NCBI GenBank assembly: GCA_018819225.1 | Contig: JAHJQN010000004.1 | Span: 685-64,684, forward strand | Reading direction: 5' to 3' | Origin: Candidatus Micrarchaeota archaeon | GTDB lineage: Archaea; Micrarchaeota; Micrarchaeia; Norongarragalinales; SBBD01 | DNA: 64,000 bases | Shown: in pieces, positions 52,926 to 63,003 of the stretch | Position numbering within the stretch: the first letter of the stretch is position 1 | Layout of the letters: the number at the start of each line of letters is the position of its first letter | Made by a program: the position numbers and the translations under genes | Notes under the pieces: generated by a model | The model's input: only the letters and a program-made list of their open reading frames with translations | The model's database searches: none | Told to the model about the DNA's origin: nothing

Positions 52926-55370
52926 ATGCAGAACATTTATTGGTTTAAGGAACTGAACCGCGATTCGTTAAGTATTGCGGGCGGTAAAGGCGCTAATTTG
53001 GGTGAGATGTTCAATCACGGTTTTCCGGTTCCGGAAGGATTCATCGTTTCAGCTAAAAGCTTTTTCGCGTTTATTCAAAACACGCAAATCGATCAAGTCA
53101 TTGCCGCCAAAACCAAGGATTTGAACGTGGACGATACGGCTAAATTACAGCAGACGAGTGAGGAAATCAAGCAAGCGATTATGAGCGTGCGCGTTCCCGA
53201 GGACATTCGCACGGACGTTCTTAAAGCGTACAACCAGTTATGCGGCGTAACCATGATGCCGACGCCTGCTCAAGAGCAATTCGTGGCGGTTCGCAGTTCA
53301 GCGACTGCCGAGGACTTGCCGGATGCGAGTTTTGCCGGCCAGCAGGACACGTATTTGAACATCAAGGGCGCGGATGCGTTGATTGATGCCGTGCAGCGCT
53401 GTTGGGCTTCCTTGTTCGGGGCTCGCGCGATCTACTACCGGCAAACCAATCACTTTGATCACCGGACCGTGGGCATTGCCGTTGTCGTGCAGCGCATGGT
53501 TCAGAGCGAGAAATCCGGAGTCATGTTTACGGTGGATCCGGTTTCCATGAATTACGATCAACTCGTTATCGAAGGCGGTTTTGGTCTGGGGGAAGCGATT
53601 GTCAGCGGTTCGATTACTCCGGATCGGTATGTGGTGGACAAACCCAGTGTCACGATGACGGAGAAGGAAATAAACGTGCAGGAGCGCGCGATCGTGAAAA
53701 CCGCTGAAGGGGATAAGTGGATGCCGGTTCAAGAAGAGATGCAGGGCTCGCAAAAGCTTTCCGAGAAGGAAGTGCTGGAGTTAGCCAAGCACGGTTTGCG
53801 CATCGAGAAACACTATAATTACCCTCAAGATATTGAGTGGGCGATTGAAGGCGGTAAGACGTACATCGTTCAAAGCCGCGCGATTACCACGTTGAAAAAG
53901 GCGGGCGCGCCCAAGAAAGGTGAGTCGAAGATGGTTGAATCGAATGCGAATGCGGTGGTGAAAGGCCCCAAGACGCCCGTCGGCGACGACCCGTTTGAAG
54001 TGGCGGAAGTCGCGATCGAGAACGCGAAGGAGATTTTAACGGGTTTGCGTGCGGCCCCCGGTATTGCTTGGGGACCCGTCAAAATCATTTTAGACCCGAA
54101 AGATATTTCTCGCGTTTACGAAGGAGACGTGCTCGTAACGCGTATGACGACCCCTGATTTTGTTCCGGCCATGAAACGAGCGGCCGCGATCGTTACGGAT
54201 GAAGGTGGGAGTACGTGTCATGCGGCGATTGTCTCGAGAGAGCTCGGCATTCCGTGCGTGGTGGGATCTCGTGAAGCGACGAAAAAGCTAAAAGAAAAGC
54301 AGATTGTTACGGTGGATGCGACGCGTGGCATCGTTTACGACGGTCGCGTCAAGTTTTCCGACAAGGAAATGGCGAAGGGCGGTGAAAATATCAATACGCT
54401 TTCCGGTACCGGAATTATTTCAACGGGCACGAAGATTTACGTGAATCTCGCTGAACCGGAGAAGGCCGACGAAATTGCTGGAAAGGATGTGGATGGGGTC
54501 GGGCTGTTGCGTGCGGAGTTCATGATCGCTGGAATCGGAAAGCATCCTCGTGCGATGATGAAGGCGGGCAAGCAGCAAGAATACGTGGACACGCTGGCGA
54601 AGGGTTTGCGAAAGTTTTGCGCCGCGTTTTCCCCGCGACCCGTTATTTTCCGTTGCACGGATTTCAAGACCAATGAATACCGTAATTTGGAGGGCGGCGA
54701 AGAGTTCGAGCCCAAGGAAGAGAATCCCATGATCGGCTACCGCGGTTGTTTCCGTTATATTAAGGAACCGGAAGTTTTTGCGTTGGAGCTGGAAGCGATC
54801 AAGAAAGTACGCGGACAGTACGGCATGACGAATCTGTGGATTATGCTGCCGTTCGTGCGACGTGTAAGCGATTTCCGCTTGTGCAAGGAATTAATTCATC
54901 ATTCTGGTTTGCGTAGGGATAATGATCTCAAGATCGGAATCATGTGCGAGATTCCTTCCAACGTCATCAATGCGGAGGCGTTCTGCAAGGAAGGGGTTGA
55001 TTTCTTCAGTATTGGTAGTAATGACTTAACGCAACTCACGCTGGGCGTGGATCGCGATTCGCCTCTGGTGGCCGAAGATTTTGATGAACGCGACGAAGCC
55101 GTGATCCGCAGCATCGAGCACGTGATCAACGTTTGCCACAAGTACGATGTGAAAGTGGGTATTTGCGGGCAGGCGCCGAGCACGTATCCGGAGTTTGCCG
55201 AGGCCCTCGTGCGTTTCGGAATCGATAGCATTAGCGTGAATCCGGACGTGATCGATCTCACGCGAAAGAACGTGGCTTCGGCGGAGAAGAAAGTGCTTCT
55301 CAAGAGCTCGAGGGACTCGCTCAAGCACCACGAGGACGCGCACGGTTGTTGCAGGAAGCACGTGCTTTGA
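52926..55370 (+). CDS. ppsA: Phosphoenolpyruvate synthase (pyruvate, water dikinase)
   Basis: 814 aa. N-terminal IAGGKGANLGEM and phosphohistidine segment GGSTCHAAIVSRELGIPCVVG. Confidence 0.92.
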   Translation: MQNIYWFKELNRDSLSIAGGKGANLGEMFNHGFPVPEGFIVSAKSFFAFIQNTQIDQVIAAKTKDLNVDDTAKLQQTSEEIKQAIMSVRVPEDIRTDVLKAYNQLCGVTMMPTPAQEQFVAVRSSATAEDLPDASFAGQQDTYLNIKGADALIDAVQRCWASLFGARAIYYRQTNHFDHRTVGIAVVVQRMVQSEKSGVMFTVDPVSMNYDQLVIEGGFGLGEAIVSGSITPDRYVVDKPSVTMTEKEINVQERAIVKTAEGDKWMPVQEEMQGSQKLSEKEVLELAKHGLRIEKHYNYPQDIEWAIEGGKTYIVQSRAITTLKKAGAPKKGESKMVESNANAVVKGPKTPVGDDPFEVAEVAIENAKEILTGLRAAPGIAWGPVKIILDPKDISRVYEGDVLVTRMTTPDFVPAMKRAAAIVTDEGGSTCHAAIVSRELGIPCVVGSREATKKLKEKQIVTVDATRGIVYDGRVKFSDKEMAKGGENINTLSGTGIISTGTKIYVNLAEPEKADEIAGKDVDGVGLLRAEFMIAGIGKHPRAMMKAGKQQEYVDTLAKGLRKFCAAFSPRPVIFRCTDFKTNEYRNLEGGEEFEPKEENPMIGYRGCFRYIKEPEVFALELEAIKKVRGQYGMTNLWIMLPFVRRVSDFRLCKELIHHSGLRRDNDLKIGIMCEIPSNVINAEAFCKEGVDFFSIGSNDLTQLTLGVDRDSPLVAEDFDERDEAVIRSIEHVINVCHKYDVKVGICGQAPSTYPEFAEALVRFGIDSISVNPDVIDLTRKNVASAEKKVLLKSSRDSLKHHEDAHGCCRKHVL

Positions 55371-55402
55371 TTCCGTTTTAAGGAGTCCGCATTAATCGGC
55401 TG

Positions 55403-56023
55403 CTAGTCTTGGTTTTTTCTAGCGAAGAAACAATAATACTTATCCGTATCCAGCCAAATCCTTCCCACGTCGAAGTCGTTAAACTCTTCGCGAATTTTCT
55501 CCTTGGTAAACAGGTAGTGGATCGCTCCTTTCTCATACCCATTTAACGACCAGTACGTTCGCGGCGCTAATTCCTTGACTTTCGATCCCTTGAACCGATG
55601 GCGAATTTTAGTCAGCGTAATAAACGCCCACCCCTTTTTCCTTAATACGCGGTGAACTTCTTGAATCGCCCTTCGAATCTCAATTATCTTTCCATGATGA
55701 AGGACTTGAACGGATACAACGGCATCAAAATAGTGGCTGGGAAACGGGAGTCTCGCGAACGCATTTCCTTTCACAAGTCTTGCCCGTTCTCCTCGTTTTT
55801 TCAGCCATTGCCTCGTGAGTTGAATGCCTTCATCCGAGTTATCCAGCGCGGTCACGTGAAAACCTTTCGAAGCCAGAAACACGGTGTGCCGGCCGGATCC
55901 GCACCCCAAATCAAGCACCCGTTGTGCTTTTTCTTTTTTAAGGAGGGCAACGAACGCATTCATGTTGGCATGGGGATTGTGAAAGTAGCGCCCGTGTTGC
56001 TTGAATAACGGGTCCCAGTTCAT
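55403..56023 (-). CDS. Class I SAM-dependent methyltransferase
   Basis: 206 aa. Motif I VLDLGCGSGRH. Confidence 0.75.
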   Translation of the reverse strand: MNWDPLFKQHGRYFHNPHANMNAFVALLKKEKAQRVLDLGCGSGRHTVFLASKGFHVTALDNSDEGIQLTRQWLKKRGERARLVKGNAFARLPFPSHYFDAVVSVQVLHHGKIIEIRRAIQEVHRVLRKKGWAFITLTKIRHRFKGSKVKELAPRTYWSLNGYEKGAIHYLFTKEKIREEFNDFDVGRIWLDTDKYYCFFARKNQD

Positions 56024-56075
56024 GAATGATGGGTATTCGGTTATTATTAAAAAAGTGTGAGTAACATGCCGTTAC

Positions 56076-56810
56076 CTAACGGCGAGGAATAACGGGTCGG
56101 AATTCAGGGCCTTCCATTCCCCTTTTAAGCAACCGGAAGTTCGCGCGTTGACCGGATGAAAGATTACTGCGATTTTCCCGCATGGAATCTAGAGTTGCTA
56201 CTAGATGGGGGCGTAATTTGTGGGACTGGTTTTCCATACCGATCCAAATAGCTAGTCGTTGATTGGATACGTGTTTACCATTCAATGCCTCCCTTAAGTG
56301 GTTCAGTGCAGCATCTTCCGCTTTCCATAAAGTGGTTCTGGAACGATCCATGGGAGCTTCAATCACCGCCCGACCCAATTCATCTGGCGGTCGATATCGA
56401 TCCAGAACGCGATCCACTGGGTTTGGATCTTTTGATCTCTTTCTCCTTTTATCATCCATTTTTCTTGTTTGGCGCATCAAATCACTCCAATAACGGAATA
56501 CTTCTGGAAGCTGTCTAGCCATTCTAACCATATGAATTCCTGCCCGTTGTCTTACAAGAACATTTTGATCTCGAACCATGGTAGTTGCTATTCTCCCGAT
56601 TAGTTGATGTTGGTAGGCGCTCGTATGTGCTTCTGCTGCGATGATACCTAGAACATCGACGGATCGGAGTTTTTCAGATTCGGATCCATTACGGAGTTGC
56701 CTATAAAGACGCGATAACTCTTTTCTGGAATCGGAAGTATTCAAGGTCAGGAATCTTTCGGCTTCTCTTCCTGCTTCTTTGAAATTTGATTCCGATTGTT
56801 TTGCTGGCAT
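56076..56810 (-). CDS. Hypothetical protein
   Basis: 244-aa ORF with no recognisable motif. Confidence 0.45.
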   Translation of the reverse strand: MPAKQSESNFKEAGREAERFLTLNTSDSRKELSRLYRQLRNGSESEKLRSVDVLGIIAAEAHTSAYQHQLIGRIATTMVRDQNVLVRQRAGIHMVRMARQLPEVFRYWSDLMRQTRKMDDKRRKRSKDPNPVDRVLDRYRPPDELGRAVIEAPMDRSRTTLWKAEDAALNHLREALNGKHVSNQRLAIWIGMENQSHKLRPHLVATLDSMRENRSNLSSGQRANFRLLKRGMEGPEFRPVIPRR

Positions 56811-56906
56811 GAATCGATTTATGTCTAGACGATTTAAAAATGTCTTCTTTGCAGAAAAAGAATTAGCGTTTGAGATTTTTGATGTACCTTTTTGAAAAGG
56901 TCCAAG

Positions 56907-56981
56907 TGGACCCGGGGAGATTTGAACTCCCGACCTTTCGATTATCAGTCGAACGCTCCAACCAGGCTAAGCTACGGGTCC
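56907..56981 (-). tRNA. tRNA-Ile (anticodon GAU), CCA not encoded
   Basis: The minus strand reads GGACCCG TA GCTT..GAGC G TTCGA CTGATAA TCGAA AGGTC GGGAG TTCAAAT CTCCC CGGGTCC A. All four stems pair and the anticodon loop is CU-GAU-AA. Confidence 0.9.
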
Positions 56982-57286
56982 TTAGCTCTCGCAAAAAAAG
57001 CTGGATTGTCTTTGGCGGTCGAACTCTTTTAAATTCATCGGTGATTGTCTCCGAGCTTCCAGTCGTTCCAGACCGGAGGCTGGGAAGGCGCACGCGAAAG
57101 CGTGGAAACGAGCCGGAATAACGGCATGCTTTTGGAAAGGGATTCGAAGGTCATGTGGGTCATCACCTGCCCTCTCCATCATTTCCAGCGGATTATTATG
57201 TTTCTCTGGACCCTGACACCCCGTTTCCAGTGATTCCTCTGACCGTATTAAAAACGCTTCCCGCATTGTTTTTATTTGAATCCATT

Positions 57287-58405
57287 ATGCGCAACATCTT
57301 CGCGGATACAGAAGGTCGCCAAGGCGTGTTCAAGAACGAGAAAGCCTTGCTGCCCGAGTTCTTGCCGCCAACGCTTCTGCATCGCGACCCGCATATTAAG
57401 GAACTCGCATTTGCAATGAAGCCTGCGATCCAGAATTCGCGTCCCGACAATCTCTTCCTTTTTGGCCCGACGGGAACCGGCAAGACCTCGTGCGTGAAAT
57501 ATGCGTTCCAGCAGCTTCAGGAGTACTCTCAACGCGTGGCGTGCGTGTACGTGAACTGCTGGGAGTTCGCCGGTAAACAAGCCGTGCTTTCCAAGCTCAC
57601 GGAGCATTTTGAGATCCCCTTGCCGAGACGCGGGCTCGCTTCCGATGAAGTGTTCCAACGCATTCTGCAGCGTGCAAAATATGACAAGAAGTCTCTCGTG
57701 ATCTGCTTGGATGAAGCCGATCGCTTGTTTCACCGCCACGATGAAAGCCTGTTGTACGAGTTCAGTCGAGCGCAGGAACATTTCGGTATTTCCATTGGAA
57801 TTCTGGCGATCAGCAACAATTCTTCTCTGATTGCTATGATGGATGAGCGCGCGAGAAGCTCGTTGCGCTTCAAGCCCTTGGAGTTCAAAGCGTATACTCC
57901 CATTCAATTGAAGCAAATCTTGGGTGAGCGCGCGAAGGACGCGTTCGTTCCGGGCTCGTTTTCTGAGGAAGTGATTGGCTTGTGCGCGGGCCATTCCGCG
58001 AAGCATAAAGGGGACGCGCGCGTGGCCATTGAAGCGTTGAGACAATCGGCTCGCGTGGCCGAGCGTAAAGGGCATCGCGAGATTACGGTGGGGGATGTGA
58101 AGGAAGCGTTTGCTGCGGGGGATGACGCGTCGTTGAAGAAGAACGTGGATTTCATGAACCCGAATGAGCGTTTGCTCTTGGAGATTTTGCAGGACGCGAA
58201 AAAAGATGACACGGATCTCACTTCGCGGGAAGTGTATACCGCGTTTTCGGATAAGAAGAAGGATTTGGGTGAGGAGGCGTTAAGCGAGCGCCAAATACGC
58301 AACTACTTGGAGGTGTTCGAGCGCGCGAAGATAGTTGAGACGAAGCTGATTGATGCTCCTGGAAGCGAGAAAGGGAAGACGAAACGGATTCGAGTCATTC
58401 GTTAA
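57287..58405 (+). CDS. cdc6: Orc1/Cdc6 replication initiator
   Basis: Walker A FGPTGTGKTS, Walker B LVICLDEAD and a C-terminal winged-helix-like region. I prefer the ATG at 57287 (MRNIFADTEG) over the ORF-track start at 57155. Confidence 0.88.
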   Translation: MRNIFADTEGRQGVFKNEKALLPEFLPPTLLHRDPHIKELAFAMKPAIQNSRPDNLFLFGPTGTGKTSCVKYAFQQLQEYSQRVACVYVNCWEFAGKQAVLSKLTEHFEIPLPRRGLASDEVFQRILQRAKYDKKSLVICLDEADRLFHRHDESLLYEFSRAQEHFGISIGILAISNNSSLIAMMDERARSSLRFKPLEFKAYTPIQLKQILGERAKDAFVPGSFSEEVIGLCAGHSAKHKGDARVAIEALRQSARVAERKGHREITVGDVKEAFAAGDDASLKKNVDFMNPNERLLLEILQDAKKDDTDLTSREVYTAFSDKKKDLGEEALSERQIRNYLEVFERAKIVETKLIDAPGSEKGKTKRIRVIR

Positions 58406-58992
58406 GTGATGATTTGATGTATTCTCCAGAATCCATTTCTTTTAACTATTCTTAGACGCATGTCCCGACACACTTTTTCTATATCCGCTTGTAAATGGGG
58501 TCGTTTACGTATGGCTGCGGGGGTAATCGTTAATATTCTATTATTTTGATGCGCCAATTCAATGGCTTTCCGAATTGCTCGTTTTCTCCAGCCCGCATAC
58601 CGTTTGCGTTCGGCAGGCTGAATGGCGTATTCCCCTGTTATCTTATAATGCGACTGAATCGAGTGAACCAGTAAATGGGCGGGTAATACATCAAATTTTA
58701 TGCTTCCAATGGAGCCGGGTGCGTTATGCCCGGGTGAACCTATTTTGGTGCCTTCGCGCGCGTGGTTAAAGACGTCGAAATGATCCAATCTTGGAAATAC
58801 GTATAATTGTTTAATAATTATTTCTTTTGAAGCGGTTAATGGGCCTGGAATCTGCGGGGAAACGATTAGCATATGCTGATCTCGTTCGCCTATCCATTTT
58901 CCGGTTTCCATTCGTTCTTGCTGAGGTATTCTCGTTAAGACATGGCGTGCGAAATGATGCGGTTTACCTAACTGGAACCGTTTGAGCACCAT
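58402..58992 (-). CDS. Hypothetical protein
   Basis: 196-aa ORF with no recognisable motif. Confidence 0.4.
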   Translation of the reverse strand: MVLKRFQLGKPHHFARHVLTRIPQQERMETGKWIGERDQHMLIVSPQIPGPLTASKEIIIKQLYVFPRLDHFDVFNHAREGTKIGSPGHNAPGSIGSIKFDVLPAHLLVHSIQSHYKITGEYAIQPAERKRYAGWRKRAIRKAIELAHQNNRILTITPAAIRKRPHLQADIEKVCRDMRLRIVKRNGFWRIHQIIT

Positions 58993-59016
58993 GTCGGGTT
59001 TTCCTATTCGTTCATT

Positions 59017-60096
59017 TTACTCGGGAAATGGGATGTTGATTTCGGGTTCGCCGAGCTGGCATTCCGACGCTGTTTTTACGAAGTACCCTTTCGTTGGCTC
59101 GAGAATCTTCGAAGTAATCCAGCGCCGGGACATCGCATCATAATACAGCGGCCCTTTGACGACTTGGCAGTTTCCTTTCATTTCTTGGAAGCGAGTGGTT
59201 TCATACGGTCCCGCGATGAGATTCCATCCCTTATACATGTGCATTCCAGCCATTTTATAGATTCCATCTCCTTCGACTGTGATTTGGCAGTCTTCTTTTG
59301 CCTTGAACCATAAGCCACTCGCATCCACGATCCATTCGCCTTTCTCGATTTTTCCTGACGGATTGTACTGGTTGAGTTGGTTGTGGTACGCGTACGTTTT
59401 TCCGGGTGTGCACGAGTTTTGGGTGATCACCGCTTGAATATTTCCTCTTTTGAACGGCTGGGAAAATAGGTTCCATCCTTTAACGAAGGAGATAACCTTT
59501 TTGTATTCTGGAACGCTGGTTGGAGTCGATGTAGGAACGCTGGTCGCTTGAATGGTCGGTGTATCGCCCGTTAGAATCTTGTCGATGAGTTCGATAAAGC
59601 GTTCGGCGGGTTGCGCACCAGATATCTTGTTTCCTCCGATGAAGAACGTGGGCGTGCCGCGGACTCCGAGGGCGTACCCTTCATCGTAATGCGCTTGCAC
59701 CCAGGCTTCTTTTACACCGGATTCCAGGCATTCGTTGAATGGATCGGTATGGAGTCCGATCGTGGCAGCGTATTGGCGCAATGCTTCGATGTCTAGATTT
59801 TCTTGGTTCTCGAAAAGGATGTTGTGGTATTCCGTGAATTTTCCTTGGTCTCGCGCGCATTCGGAGGCTTCCGCTGCTTTGAGCGCGTGAGGATGTAGGG
59901 TGGTCAGTGGGAAGTGTTTGTATTCGAATTTCACGAGCCCGGTGTCAAAGTACTTTTCCTTCAGGAGGGGATAGGTATCCGCGTAAAAACGGGCGCAGTA
60001 CGGGCATTGGAAGTCCGAATATTCTTGGAACGGTATGGGTACGGCCTGAACGCCTAAAACGAATAGCATGAGCACGGATAAGAACGCAAATTTCAC
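59017..60096 (-). CDS. Secreted DsbA-like thiol:disulfide oxidoreductase with a C-terminal extension
   Basis: Signal-like N-terminus, FQCPYCARF CxxC motif and GTPTFFIGG. Confidence 0.8.
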   Translation of the reverse strand: MKFAFLSVLMLFVLGVQAVPIPFQEYSDFQCPYCARFYADTYPLLKEKYFDTGLVKFEYKHFPLTTLHPHALKAAEASECARDQGKFTEYHNILFENQENLDIEALRQYAATIGLHTDPFNECLESGVKEAWVQAHYDEGYALGVRGTPTFFIGGNKISGAQPAERFIELIDKILTGDTPTIQATSVPTSTPTSVPEYKKVISFVKGWNLFSQPFKRGNIQAVITQNSCTPGKTYAYHNQLNQYNPSGKIEKGEWIVDASGLWFKAKEDCQITVEGDGIYKMAGMHMYKGWNLIAGPYETTRFQEMKGNCQVVKGPLYYDAMSRRWITSKILEPTKGYFVKTASECQLGEPEINIPFPE

Positions 60097-60204
60097 GGGT
60101 GATCACCTGAACGAGTTTCAGATTGGATGAAGAGAGTTGAATTGTTTTGTTTTAAAAGCTTTCTCGCTCCTTACTCGTACGGTTCCTTTTCACAGGTGTA
60201 ATGC

Positions 60205-61929
60205 ATGGTCGAACGCTACTTGATTACCGCCGCTCTTCCGTACGTGAATAATGTGCCGCATATCGGAAACATTGTCGGCAGTCATTTGCCGGCCGATGTA
60301 TTCGCGCGTTATTGCCGGTTAAAGCAACGAAACACGATTTTTATTGGCGGCACGGATGAACATGGCTCGCCTTCTGAAATTGCCGCACAAAAAGCGGGTA
60401 TCGGTATTCGGGATTTGTGTGATACGTTTTACGATATTCATGCGCGGATTTACAAGTGGTTTCATCTTTCGTACGACAACTTTTCGCGTACTTCGAGGCC
60501 GTTGCATCACGAGATGACGCAAGACTTTTTCTTGGCGCTTCAAAAAAACGGTTTGATTACGGAAAAGACGGTGCGCATGCCGTTTTGCGAGAAAGACCGG
60601 CGCTTTTTGCCGGATCGTTTCGTCGAAGGAACGTGTCCTCGATGCAAGTACGAGCAGGCGCGGGGGGATCAGTGCGAGAAATGCGCGGCGTTGCTGACTC
60701 CCGTTGAACTGCTGAAACCGTATTGTACTCTGTGCAGGAGCAAACCCGTGATTAAGGAAACCAAGCACCTCTTTTTATCATTGGATTCGTTGCAGCCTCC
60801 CTTGAAAGAATGGATTGAGAAGAATACGCATTGGAAGTCTCAAGTACGCAATCTCGCCTTGGGTTGGATTGCCGATGGATTGAAGAAGCGAGGTATTACG
60901 CGGGATCTCAAGTGGGGCGTGAAGGTTCCCGTTAAAGGGTATGAAAAAAAGGTGTTTTATGTTTGGTTTGACGCGCCCATTGGCTATATTTCAAGCACGA
61001 AGGAGTGGGTTTTGGAACAGGATGAATTCGAGGGTAAAGAGGACGCGGAGTTCCGGAAGTGGTGGACGCACCCGCAAACCAAGTTGTATCATTTTATTGG
61101 CAAGGACAACATTCCCTTTCATACCTTATTCTTTCCGGCCATGTTAATGGGAGGCCAGCAATATATTTTGCCGCACTACGTGTCGGGTTACCAATTCCTG
61201 AATTATGAGGGAGGTAAGCTCTCGAAGAGCAAAGGTCACGGCGTTTTTTGCGAATCCCTGGTCGATCATGAATCGGAGCTGGGTTTGCCGGCGGATGCCT
61301 GGCGTTTCTTCTTGATACTGAAGTTGCCGGAAGTGCGCGACACGGATTTCACGTGGAAGGAGTTTCAAAGCCGTTTGAACACGGAACTCATTGGCAACGT
61401 GGGTAACTTTGTTCACCGGGTCTCTTCGTTCATTGTAAAGAATCGGGAAGGCATTATTCCGAATAAATGCAAGTGGGAGGAAACGGATGAGCAGATGTTG
61501 GAAACGTTGGAGTCTTATGTTTCGGAGATCGATGGTTTGTACGATCAAATCAATTTGGTGGCGGCATTGCAGAAAACGATCGAATTGTCCGCTAAAGGCA
61601 ATCAGTACTTTCAGTCACAAGAGATCTGGAAGAATCCGGAGCGTCAGAATGCCGTATTGCACGTTTGTGCGCGTTTATGCAATGCGATTTCCGTTTTGAT
61701 GGCTCCGGTGACCCCCATTTTGTCGGCTCGTATGCGTCGCAGCTTCGGTTTGTCGGAATCGTTTTCGTGGGTGGATGTTCGCGATCAGGAGATCGGCGGT
61801 AAACGAGTGAGTCCGGAGATTTTGTTGACGCCGTTGGATGACGATAATCTGGCGCGGCTGAAAGCGATTTCAACTAAACTCGGAGATGTCGAGCAGCGGA
61901 TTGGGAAGCATAAAGCGCAACGCGACTAG
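60205..61929 (+). CDS. metG: Methionine--tRNA ligase
   Basis: 574 aa. HIGH-type PHIGNIVG, Zn knuckles CPRC...CEKC and KMSKS-type KLSKS. Confidence 0.92.
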   Translation: MVERYLITAALPYVNNVPHIGNIVGSHLPADVFARYCRLKQRNTIFIGGTDEHGSPSEIAAQKAGIGIRDLCDTFYDIHARIYKWFHLSYDNFSRTSRPLHHEMTQDFFLALQKNGLITEKTVRMPFCEKDRRFLPDRFVEGTCPRCKYEQARGDQCEKCAALLTPVELLKPYCTLCRSKPVIKETKHLFLSLDSLQPPLKEWIEKNTHWKSQVRNLALGWIADGLKKRGITRDLKWGVKVPVKGYEKKVFYVWFDAPIGYISSTKEWVLEQDEFEGKEDAEFRKWWTHPQTKLYHFIGKDNIPFHTLFFPAMLMGGQQYILPHYVSGYQFLNYEGGKLSKSKGHGVFCESLVDHESELGLPADAWRFFLILKLPEVRDTDFTWKEFQSRLNTELIGNVGNFVHRVSSFIVKNREGIIPNKCKWEETDEQMLETLESYVSEIDGLYDQINLVAALQKTIELSAKGNQYFQSQEIWKNPERQNAVLHVCARLCNAISVLMAPVTPILSARMRRSFGLSESFSWVDVRDQEIGGKRVSPEILLTPLDDDNLARLKAISTKLGDVEQRIGKHKAQRD

Positions 61930-62393
61930 TATTCATGTTCCATGAGGGTGCCGGCTTTTCTTCCGTGAATACGTTTCACAGCCTCCTGCAGAACGTGCCA
62001 TTCCCGTTGATCCATACCGAAATCCTGTTCGGCGGCAAAAGTCCTTGGATCATAGCCTCCACTAAAAAAACGCCACTCTTTCGACGGCTCCCTTTTTCTG
62101 TTGATCCACGCATCCCGTGTCTCTGAAGGGAGTCCGTTCCTAATAAGCTGTTCCGCGAGATTTCCATGAAACGTTTTTCCTAGACTGATATAGGCCTTTT
62201 TTGTATTAGTGTTGACGGCTCCGACGAATTTGATGTCCCCCCGAAAGAAACGATGCCAGACGGTTGAAAATCCTCCGCGAAACAGTCCAAAACGGCGGAG
62301 AGTAGGGTGTTTTATGATATGAACCACGTATCCTCCTTCAATGGTAGGCTGCGGTTTCTGCCTTCGCAAAGGCATGGTGAATTCCTCAGTCAA
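61926..62393 (-). CDS. Hypothetical protein
   Basis: 155-aa ORF, overlapped by hsp20 by 8 nt at its 5' end and overlapping the metG 3' end by 4 nt at its own 3' end. No recognisable motif. Confidence 0.4.
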   Translation of the reverse strand: MTEEFTMPLRRQKPQPTIEGGYVVHIIKHPTLRRFGLFRGGFSTVWHRFFRGDIKFVGAVNTNTKKAYISLGKTFHGNLAEQLIRNGLPSETRDAWINRKREPSKEWRFFSGGYDPRTFAAEQDFGMDQREWHVLQEAVKRIHGRKAGTLMEHEY

Positions 62394-62949
62394 TGGTTAC
62401 TTTTTTGCTCGTCTTTTTCTTCCGAGTCTTTCGCTTGAACGTGATTTCGAGCACGCCGTTGTTGTGTTTGGCCTTGGCGCTTTTGGATACGATTTCACAC
62501 GGCAATTCGATTTTGCGATGGAATTGTTTCTGATGAAAGAATGCGTGAATGGTCAGCGAATGAGCGGAGGCGTTTAGGTGGATATCCTCTTTTCCGGCTC
62601 CCGGCAATTCCGCGATCACGACAAGATCTTGGTCGCCTTCGATGATGTCAATAAGCGGCTCGCGGGAGACTTGAAACTCGATGGTCTCGTTTTTAGTGCG
62701 CACCGGGGGTTTCCTTCGCGCAAATAGGGGCGGGGTGTTGCCGAATCGGGACACTTGAGGTAACCCTTCCGGTGTAATCTTGATGGAAAAACCGTATATG
62801 TACGGCATGTGTTTTCGGGACAGGGCTTGATTTTGCGCATGCATGGCAAATACGTCTTCCACCATGCGATCCATATCGGAGTGAATGCGTTTGAACTCGT
62901 CTTGCATCGAATCGCTATTGCGTTCTCGTAACCCTTTTTTCTTTTTCAT
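62386..62949 (-). CDS. hsp20: Small heat-shock protein (Hsp20/alpha-crystallin domain)
   Basis: The pattern VIAELPGAGKEDIHL...FHRKIELP...AKHNNGVLEITF is typical of the alpha-crystallin domain. Confidence 0.85.
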   Translation of the reverse strand: MKKKKGLRERNSDSMQDEFKRIHSDMDRMVEDVFAMHAQNQALSRKHMPYIYGFSIKITPEGLPQVSRFGNTPPLFARRKPPVRTKNETIEFQVSREPLIDIIEGDQDLVVIAELPGAGKEDIHLNASAHSLTIHAFFHQKQFHRKIELPCEIVSKSAKAKHNNGVLEITFKRKTRKKKTSKKVTID

Positions 62950-63003
62950 ACGATCCGTTCCTCTTTTCGTTTCAGGTTTTAAAAAGGTTGGGGAAACGCC
63001 CCA

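Noticed and set aside
57272-58075. 267-aa minus-strand ORF
   Set aside because: It is entirely antisense to orc1/cdc6, which has clear Walker motifs, and it has no motif of its own.
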